The position numbers and the translations under genes are program-made. A DNA stretch of 20,000 nt from Trichinella spiralis. Its lineage: Eukaryota. Shown here piece by piece: positions 11,680 through 20,000 of the stretch (position 1 is its first letter; each line of letters starts with the position of its first letter). Below the pieces are notes generated by a model, which was not told where the DNA came from, searched no databases, and worked only from the letters and a program-made list of their open reading frames with translations. The stretch spans positions 3,424,904 through 3,444,903 of the forward strand of contig NW_003526944.1 of assembly GCF_000181795.1 (NCBI RefSeq). Reading direction: 5' to 3'.

Positions 11680-12135
11680 TTGCCATGAAGGATCACAATA
11701 GCGCCAGAGAAGGAAGGCGTAAAGTGCACTGACGATATATCACCACTTCCAAAAAGTTGCTATCAGAAATTCACTGAATCTTTGATACGAGTGACCGTGT
11801 GCTGTACGTGCTTTGGACGAAGCATTCAGTTTCCGGTAAGTGAGCAGTATGACGAAATTGATCGGCCCGTAGCTGAACTGTCCAGTGGCTCAGAGGGAGT
11901 CAGACGAGTGAATTTGTGCTCAAAGCCAACTCCAGTGGAACGAACTCATGGATGAAGAACGTCTGCTGAGAGTCAGCGGGCGTATCGCGAGAGCCAATTT
12001 CAGCGGTAAAGCCTGTGTTACTCATTGCGTCATACATCAGTGTGGATTGTGAGGTGCATTGTTGATTTTCATGGGTAACCACGTATGGTATGCATCTACA
12101 GTTGGAGGCAAAAAGACGTAAAATGATCACGCCAA
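11680..12135 (+). mobile_element. Degenerate BEL/Pao LTR-retrotransposon pol fragment (RNase H-integrase linker region)
   Basis: GC-richer island. Read across frameshifts it gives, in the correct order, LIRVTVCC (11782), QWLRGSQTSEF (11883), MDEERLLRVSGRIARANF (11948) and KPVLL (12009). These match the BEL/Pao motifs LxRVTAY, WxRxVQxxxF, PFxDxxGLLRVGGRLxxA and KHPILLP. Recognised from memory, not by search. Confidence 0.8.
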
Positions 12136-13057
12136 AGATAATTCTGAATATATATTTTTTTGAACCACATACAGATGAAAAAAGACCAAAACAAGACAGT
12201 CCATTCTGAAGGAATGATGCAAAATGAATGATGCTTCACAAATAATAAAACAAACCAACAAATTTATGTTTTTTGATTTTAATCGATAATATACCTTATT
12301 TTGTAGTATGCAATTAATTTACAATGGAGAAATTCGATAAAAAAGTCGGCGAGTTACGTGTTTTCAAAATTGATGATTTTCCTATTTCCGGAAATATCAG
12401 AAATTTGAATTTCTGAAAATTTTCACACATTTCGACATTTCGGCATTTTTGCAATCGACAACTACGCATTCATTTGTAATGAAACTTTGGAGTTTTCTTG
12501 CTTTTGAGTTGGACTAGCCATTTATGAAAAAAAATTTTTATTTTGTTCCGTTTTCAAAAAGGCCACTTATTTAAACGTATTTTAAATGTTATTTATGAAT
12601 TACTGATTATTCAATTTGCACTGCTTTTCTGAACGTCTAAGCAGAAGCGACAAAAATAACATGTAGATACTCTATTTCCGAATGCATTTCAAATAGATCA
12701 GTTTTGCGGGGGGGGGAAGGGAATCTTTTTATTATGTGTTTGCTAATTTGCAAAAATCTAATCTTGCAATATTTCAGATCAACAGCATATTCAGCGTTCA
12801 GCGCAACAGATGTTCAGGTGAGCAAATGCAGTGCAACAAAAGGCGGCAATTTAACTTGAAATAAAATCAACAACAAACCCATAAACAGTTATAAATAAAC
12901 ATTTGTTAACATCATAATAAAATTACAGAAATGGAAAGGAATTTAAATTAACGAAAATCAGCAAGTTTGTAATAATCAATTATGGCTCAAAAAGTGAATT
13001 ATTCTACATTCTACATACAATACTTTATTAACTTTCAATGAAATCATAATAACTTTC

Positions 13058-13389
13058 AGCAGTTAGAAAAGTTTATCATAATGTTTCTATGCCAATACGC
13101 CATAACTAAGCCAAAAGGAATTTACATCATATTACAGACAAAGTCAGATTACTTTACATTCAATATTTTGACTATTAATAATTCCTTGAACTTGACCGAC
13201 TTTTCAAAATGTCAACTTCACAGTTATTCACAATCTTCATAGTAATCTGTGGAAAGAACAGCGGTTAACAAGCGCGATAAAGTCTCCTCTTCAACATCAT
13301 CAATAGTTAAATAGTGAGTCATTTTCACAATTATACTAACCAACGTTCTATGTAGGTATCACTACAGACAATATGTTGGCTACAAATTA
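13058..13389 (+). repeat. ~330 bp dispersed repeat, copy P1
   Basis: Aligns end to end with 15094-15395 at about 70-75% identity with one ~25-nt indel. Near-identical copy at 18375-18706. Confidence 0.9.
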
Positions 13390-13431
13390 TGTTATGTTAT
13401 ATGCAATATGTTGCTTTATATGCACTGCACT

Positions 13432-13542
13432 TATTAATTAACGTGGCATGGTTGCGTTATCAATAGCGTAGCGCTTGTTCGCTTGATTAACGTGGCTAGC
13501 ACGGGCATGAGCAAAGCGTTGAAGGCGCACTGCTTTGCTATG
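13432..13542 (+). repeat. Copy B of hairpin-containing repeat family
   Basis: Shares tattaattaacgtggcatggttgcgtta (28 nt exact) with 13928-13955. Contains the stems ttgcgtta/tagcgtag and agcaaagc/gctttgct. Also present at 18749-18859. Confidence 0.85.
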
Positions 13543-13888
13543 AAATGTACGTTTAATGTTTGGAGCGGGTTGTGGAGAATATTCACAAATACACACATAA
13601 GATGAAGCTGATATGAGTCATTGGTTTTCTTGTAATTACTAATCGTTCAATTCATGAAATGAAAAGTGCATCCCAGTAATTTGCTCATAAATGATTTGCG
13701 CTGCACATCTTAGAAGAGCTGGATACTGCTTTTTCAGTTTTCCATTTTTAATTCAAAAAATTACAAACGTATTGTAATTGTCTTGTATATCATCAAATAA
13801 GCTCATTAAATAATGCAGATTTCGAAAATCTCATTTCTTATGTTATTCTGGTTGGTTTTTTGTACAATAGCCCTTCATCCGTGTTGGA

Positions 13889-14011
13889 CGTTGAATGCCG
13901 TGCTTTGCCATGCTTTAGCATTGCGCGTATTAATTAACGTGGCATGGTTGCGTTAGCAATAACGCAGTTAATTCCGTTAATTCGCTTGCGGTGTACGGGC
14001 CTAGTCAATGC
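13889..14011 (+). repeat. Copy C of hairpin-containing repeat family (tail of one unit followed by head of the next)
   Basis: cgttgaatgccgtgctttgccatg matches the end of copy B. It is followed by the 28-nt head and the stem ttgcgtta-gcaa-taacgcag. Also present at 19207-19329. Confidence 0.85.
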
Positions 14012-14103
14012 ATTTACTTTACTGCTGCAGTGTTTATAATTGTACTTTCAATGGTAACATGACATTTTCCCTTTTCCCCAACAATTCGAGAATTTCTAAT
14101 GTT

Positions 14104-14124
14104 TATATATATATATATATATAT
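14104..14124. repeat. (TA)n microsatellite
   Basis: Seen directly. It differs in length and has an interruption in copy 2 (~19422-19440). Confidence 0.9.
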
Positions 14125-15093
14125 GTGGTTTCTTTCTATTTGATTTTCGTTTGATTGCATTCATTCCTCATATCTTTTAAATGGTTACTTTATGTTAATA
14201 AAATATTTCCCTGGACATGAGTAGCGCATTATGATAAAAATATTATTTTTATGCGACGTGTTGTATCTAGATTATTTAAATTAATATAATTTTAATGCTT
14301 GCGGCAATGTTTCCGTTTGCCTTTTTACGATTCACAGCTGCATTTTAATTTTATCATTTGTTTGTTTGTGCTTTAGGTTTATTTTAGGTATGGAATTCTT
14401 TGGAATTCATCTTTTTCGGAATTGTATTTCTTTTGAAATGTGCTTCTTGCATTTGTTCCTCATATTAGATTCTCATACGTTCATCTCCCAGAGCAAAAAC
14501 GCTGCGTTGCTCTGGATAGTTGAACGTTAATATTCATAACATTGTGAAAATGATTTTTCGTCTTTGATGTAGATTGGAAATTTTTGTGTAATTTAATAAA
14601 AATGTTTTTCATACTGCTGCCGTTTTCTAATAAAACGTTTTTAGAAAGTAATTAAAAAATTACTGGCACATTTCGAAACCAAATAAGTGTTTTGCTGATG
14701 AATGCCATTCTTGAACTCATAGTTCAGCATTCCTCAACCCTAGAATACAAATGCTAACTGTACTCTCTTAATAAACGCAAAATATGCATGTAGTGTTTTT
14801 TCAAAAAACTGCAGCTCAGGCAAAATTGACTTCATCGTTTGAATCAGAACGACATCTACTGAACATTTTCATTTTCGATTTCAATTGTAATTTCAACATT
14901 ATTCAAGCACCCAGAGGAAATTTCTGACAATTTCATAGGTATTTAAGAATGGAATAATGACAGTCCGAAGTTCAAATGTAAAATATTACGTCATCATCAT
15001 AGCTTTACCTAATTATATCAGTAATAACTTCATATATATCATTATTTGCTTCCACAAAATGCTACGTCAAAACCATGCACGTTCTTCCTAATG

Positions 15094-15395
15094 AGCAATT
15101 AGTACACTTTATCATAATGTTTCTATACCGTTACGCTAAAACTGAGCAAAAATGAATTCACATCACCCAAGGCAATGTCATATTATTCTATTTCCTTGAA
15201 ATTCAAATACTTTCGACAATGTCATCTTCACGCTTATTCATAGTCTTCATAGTGAGCAGCGTAAAGAACGTCCCTCAAGAAGTGCAATAAAATTTCCTCT
15301 TCAGTATAATCGATGGTTAAAAGGTTAGTGATTTTTACAGTTATACTAACGTTCTATGTAGGTATCACAACAGACAATATGTTGGTTGCAAATTA
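15094..15395 (+). repeat. ~300 bp dispersed repeat, copy P2 (diverged paralog of 13058-13389)
   Basis: Identical 19-mer tttatcataatgtttctat near the left end and a 45/48 match over aacgttctatgtaggtatcac...caaatta at the right end. Confidence 0.9.
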
Positions 15396-15758
15396 ATACA
15401 CAAAGAATTCGCCAATCTGAAATTCTCATTATACGCAACTAGCATGCGTGAGTTTCCCCAAATGGAACACCTTGCGTATATTTGTAAAGGAATCATTTAA
15501 CATTTGATGCCTCACACGATATTTTTTGCATTTCTGCGATCAAATTTCCTCCATTTATGGCCATTTTGATTAATTTGATCGAAGGTGTTTCCAATCGGCA
15601 TGATCTTGACATAGAACATCCGACAATACTAACTTTATATTAATTTATCTATTTATAATGTACCATTGGAAGAATTTCCAACGATATTTTGCTTTCACTT
15701 TGAAAAATACCTGATTGTCCTATTATATGCTTTTCATATCTTTTATTTGTTAAAAACT

Positions 15759-15813
15759 ATCATTTCAGGCATTACTATGCCTTTTCATCATTTCAGGCAT
15801 TACTATGCCTTTT
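15759..15813 (+). repeat. 28-bp tandem duplication with internal palindrome
   Basis: atcatttcaggcattactatgccttttc occurs twice. Each unit contains aggcat-tact-atgcct. Confidence 0.95.
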
Positions 15814-16379
15814 ATATCATCTTTATTGATCAATCAGCTTAGCAATGATATGAAAAGTATGGTTCTTTGAGTATATTCTCGCTTTCCAACACTCCTGGCA
15901 TACCGCTTATGAAAATGCATTGAAAATGGAATAGTTTGCGTAAGCCTTAATTGGAAATGCAATACAAATAAATTAATTAACAATCCATCACAAGTGAACT
16001 TATAGATACAATGAATTAGCTAAGCTGCCAAGAAAATTTAACATTTATAGAAGAGAGGAAGTGAATATTGCGTCAGAATTGCATTCTCCTGTCATAATTT
16101 TCGCTAATATCTATTTGAGAAGAGTAGTCAAACAAAGAAATTACGCTTAAAAAAATTTGAAATTTTAAGCATACTGTAATAAAAAACGAAAGTCAGGAAC
16201 AAATTTTGTTTGAAGGAGATACTTCTGTTCGCTCGATTATTTGAACATTGGCAATAAATCTTTGCAAATTCATTTATCTTGCATATTTATTTAATTGTAT
16301 ATTTCATTTCTTTTCTTTTCAATGGTACTATATTGCATATTTCTTAGTCATGTTGGAAAATCTCAAAAATTTTTTCGAA

Positions 16380-16389
16380 NNNNNNNNNN
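16380..16389. other. Assembly gap (10 N)
   Basis: Run of Ns immediately before copy 2 of the duplication. Confidence 0.99.
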
Positions 16390-19300
16390 TTATTCCCAAA
16401 GACAGAAAGAAGATGTGGTGAAGTATTTTCATGCAAAACAACATACGTTGTGGTAAACTCGTGAATTTTAGAAAAATATAGGAAAAGTCCTTTCCCCTCC
16501 CCTCCCTTTCCCCCAAACGATTTATTTCAAGTTGAGACATGTGGAAAATGTTATTTTTTTTTTATTTAAAGTTTTCAGTGATCTTATCAAGATGAGGTTG
16601 ATATTCATTTTTGGAATAGAAAAATGGCACTCAGCGTTCAGATTATCAGCGCAATTAGACCAAGTCGAATAACGATGGCACGTTAGCACTATGCAAATTT
16701 GCTTTTTTCTTCAAGTTATTCGCATTATTAATAATAATGCGCTTGTTCACTTGACTGACGTGACTAATAGTATTATTAGTAGCGTGTGTAGACGATATTG
16801 CTCGTTTTATTGTTGCACTAATTTGGCCACTGAATTCTGCGTTCAATTGCTGAACAGCATTCAACAGCTATTTCAACCTGTTTGTAGGATTTGAAGAACT
16901 TTTAATTATGAATGAATTCTTTATTATAATTCAAAATTCAAATTTCTCTCTAAAATGATGAACTGAACATTTACTTGTGTATTTTGAAATTTTAGCTGTT
17001 GCCATGAAGGATCACAATAGCACCAGAGAAGGAAGGCGTAAAGTGCACTGACGATATATCACCAGTTCCAAAAAGTTGCTGTCAGAAAGTCACTGAATCT
17101 TTGATACGAGTGACCGTGTGCTGTACGTGTTTTGGACGAAGCATTCAGCTTCCAGTAAGTGAGCAGTATGACGAAATTGATCGGCCCGTAGCTGAACTGT
17201 CCAGTGGCTCAGAGGGAGTCAGACGAGTGAATTTGTGCTCAAAGCCAACTCCAGTGGAACGAACTCATGGATGAAGAACGTCTGCTGAGAGTCAGCGGGC
17301 GTATCGCGAGAGCCAATTTCAGCGGTAAAGCCTGTGTTACTCATTGCGTCATACATCAGTGTGGATTGTGAGGTGCATTGTTGATTTTCATGGGTAACCA
17401 CGTATGGTATGCATCTACAGTTGGAGGCAAAAAGACGTAAAATGATCACACCAAAGATAATTCAAAATATATATTTTTTTTGAACCACATACAGATGAAA
17501 AAAGACCAAAACAAGGCAGTCCATTCTGAAGGAATGATGCAAAATGAATGATGCTTCACAAATAATAAAACAAACCAACAAATTTATGTTTTTTGATTTT
17601 AATCGATAATATACCTTATTTTGTAGTATGCAATTAATTTACAATGGAGAAATTCGATAAAAAAGTCGGCGAGTTACGTGTTTTCAAAATTGATGATTTT
17701 CCTATTTCCGGAAATATCAGAAATTTGAATTTCTGAAAATTTTCACACATTTCGACATTTCGGCATTTTTGCAATCGACAACTACGCATTCATTTGTAAT
17801 GAAACTTTGGAGTTTTCTTGCTTTTGAGTTGGGCTAGCCATTTATGAAAAGAAATTTTTATTTTGTTCCGTTTTCAAAAAGGCCACTTATTTAAACGTAT
17901 TTTAAATGTTATTTATGAATTACTGATTATTCAATGTGCACTGCTTTTCTGAACGTCTAAGCAGAAGCGACAAAAATAACATGTAGATACTCTATTTCTG
18001 AACGCATTTCAAATATATCAGTTTTGCGGGGGGGAGGGAATCTTTTTATTATGTGTTTGCTAATTTGCAAAAATCTAATCTTGCAATATTTCAGATCAGC
18101 AGCATATTCAGCGTTCAGCGCAACAGATGTTCAGGTGAGCAAGTGCAGTGCAACAAAAGGCGGCAATTTAGCTTGAAATAAAATCAACAACAAACCCATA
18201 AACAGTTATAAATAAACATTTGTTAACATCATAATAAAATTACAGAAATGGAAAGGAATTTAAATTAACGAAAATCAACAAGTTTGTAATAATCAATTAT
18301 GGCTCAAAAAGTGAATTATTCTACATTCTACATGCAATACTTTATTAACTTTCAATGAAATCATAATAACTTTCAGCAGTTAGAAAAGTTTATCATAATG
18401 TTTCTATGCCAATACGCCATAACTAAGCCAAAAGGAATTTACATCATATTACAGACAAAGTCAGATTACTTTACATTGAATATTTTGACTATTAATAATT
18501 CCTTGAACTTGACCGACTTTTCAAAATGTCAACTTCACAGTTATTCACAATCTTCATAGTAATCTGTGGAAAGAACAGCGGTTAACAAGCGCGATAAAGT
18601 CTCCTCTTCAACATCATCAATAGTTAAATAGTGAGTCATTTTCACAATTATACTAACCAACGTTCTATGTAGGTATCACTACAGACAATATGTTGGCTAC
18701 AAATTATGTTATGTTATATGCAATATGTTGCTTTATATGCACTGCACTTATTAATTAACGTGGCATGGTTGCGTTAGCAATAGCGTAGCGTTTGTTCGCT
18801 TGATTAACGTGGCTAGCACGGGCATGAGCAAAGCGTTGAAGGCGCACTGCTTTGCTATGAAATGTACGTTTAATGTTTGGAGCGGGTTGTGGAGAATATT
18901 CACAAATACACACATAAGATGAAGCTGATATGAGTCATTGGTTTTCTTGTAATTACTAATCGTTCAATTCATGAAATGAAAAGTGCATCCCAGTAATTTG
19001 CTCATAAATGATTTGCGCTGCACATCTTAGAAGAGCTGGATACTGCTTTTTCAGTTTTCCATTTTTTAATTCAAAAAATTACAAACGTATTGTAATTGTC
19101 TTGTATATCATCAAATAAGCTCATTAAATAATGCAGATTTCGAAAATCTCATTTCTTATGTTATTCTGGTTGGTTTTTTGTACAATAGCCCTTCATCCGT
19201 GTTGGACGTTGAATGCCGTGCTTTGCCATGCTTTAGCATTGCGCGTATTAATTAACGTGGCATGGTTGCGTTAACAATAACGCAGTTAATTCCGTTAATT

Positions 19301-20000
19301 CGCTTGCGGTGTACGGGCCTAGTCAATGCATTTACTTTACTGCTGCAGTGTTTATAATTGTACTTTCAATGGTAACATGACATTTTCCCTTTTCCCCAAC
19401 AATTCGAGAATTTCTAATGTTTATATATATATATGTATATGTGGTTTCTTTCTATTTGATTTTCGTTTGATTGCATTCATTCCTCATATCTTTTAAATGG
19501 TTACTTTGTGTTAATAAAATATTTCCCTGGACATGAGTAGCGCATTATGATAAAAATATTATTTTTATGCGACGTGTTGTATCTAGATTATTTAAATTAA
19601 TATAATTTTAATGCTTGCGGCAATGTTTCCGTTTGCCTTTTTACGATTCACAGCTGCATTTTAATTTTATCATTTGTTTGTTTGTGCTTTAGGTTTATTT
19701 TAGGTATGGAATTCTTTGGAATTCATCTTTTTCGGAATTGTATTTCTTTTGAAATGCACTTCTTGCATTTGTTCCTCATATTAGATTCTCATACGTTCAT
19801 CTCCCAGAGCAAAAACGCTGCGTTGCTCTGGATAGTTGAACGTTAATATTCATAACATTGTGAAAATGATTTCTCACCCTTGAGGGAGATTGCAAATTGT
19901 TGTGTAAAAAATGTTTACATCTGTCATGCCGTTTTCCTATTTAAACGTCTTGAGAAAGTAATTAAAAAATCTACTGGGCACCATTTCGAAACCAAATAAG
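16390..20000 (+). repeat. Copy 2 of ~3.6 kb direct duplication (runs to window end)
   Basis: About 99% identical to 11063-14687 in the core. The first ~100 and last ~130 bases carry dense single-base indels and mismatches. Confidence 0.97.
16999..17454 (+). mobile_element. Degenerate BEL/Pao pol fragment, duplicate copy
   Basis: Same motifs and same frameshifts as 11680-12135. Confidence 0.8.

Larger units (their letters stand above)
11063..14687 (+). repeat. Copy 1 of ~3.6 kb direct duplication
   Basis: Colinear with 16390-20000 at an offset of about 5.32 kb. Roughly 30-35 substitutions and a few homopolymer indels in the core. Identical ORF translations appear in both copies. Confidence 0.97.

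Noticed and set aside
13189..13204. aacttgaccgactttt resembling a Y/sbRNA 3' end
   Set aside because: No complementary GGTCCG 5' strand upstream, and the motif is not retained in paralog P2.
13224..13337. Minus-strand peptide MTHYLTIDDVEEETLSRLL... (vaguely BTB-like) shared with P2
   Set aside because: A manual codon comparison of P1 and P2 gives about 6/11/11 changes at codon positions 1/2/3, so no coding signature. The ATG is not conserved.
14665..14745. gaaa...ctgatga as a hammerhead ribozyme core
   Set aside because: Only 16 nt separate GAAA and CUGAUGA, too short for stems III and I, and no GAAA follows the downstream stem.
15759..15813. 28-bp palindromic repeats as CRISPR array or bacterial terminators
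   Set aside because: Only two units, no spacers, no cas genes, and a eukaryotic context.
11063..20000. The two long direct repeats as LTRs of one retrotransposon
   Set aside because: The pol relic lies inside the repeats rather than between them, no TG...CA ends, PBS or PPT were seen, and the copy-2 boundary coincides with an assembly gap.

Overview
AT-rich (roughly 70% A+T by eye) eukaryotic genomic DNA with many microsatellites and GT-AG splice-like signals. There is no prokaryote-style gene organisation, and none of the ORF-track entries is a recognisable protein. The style fits an invertebrate draft assembly, possibly a nematode such as Trichinella (inference only). Bases 1-11000 look intronic/intergenic with a few weak candidate exons. 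Bases 11063-14687 recur at about 99% identity as 16390-20000, starting directly after a 10-N scaffold gap, so this is either an uncollapsed haplotype or a recent tandem duplication. The duplicated unit holds a frameshifted BEL/Pao LTR-retrotransposon pol relic, a family of ~110-125 bp hairpin-containing repeats, a ~330 bp repeat with a diverged paralog at 15094-15395, and a pre-miRNA-like hairpin. I found no convincing evidence of a novel multi-gene system. The best leads are candidate structured non-coding RNAs at 7550-7700, in the 11401/13432/13889 family, and at 14477-14527.
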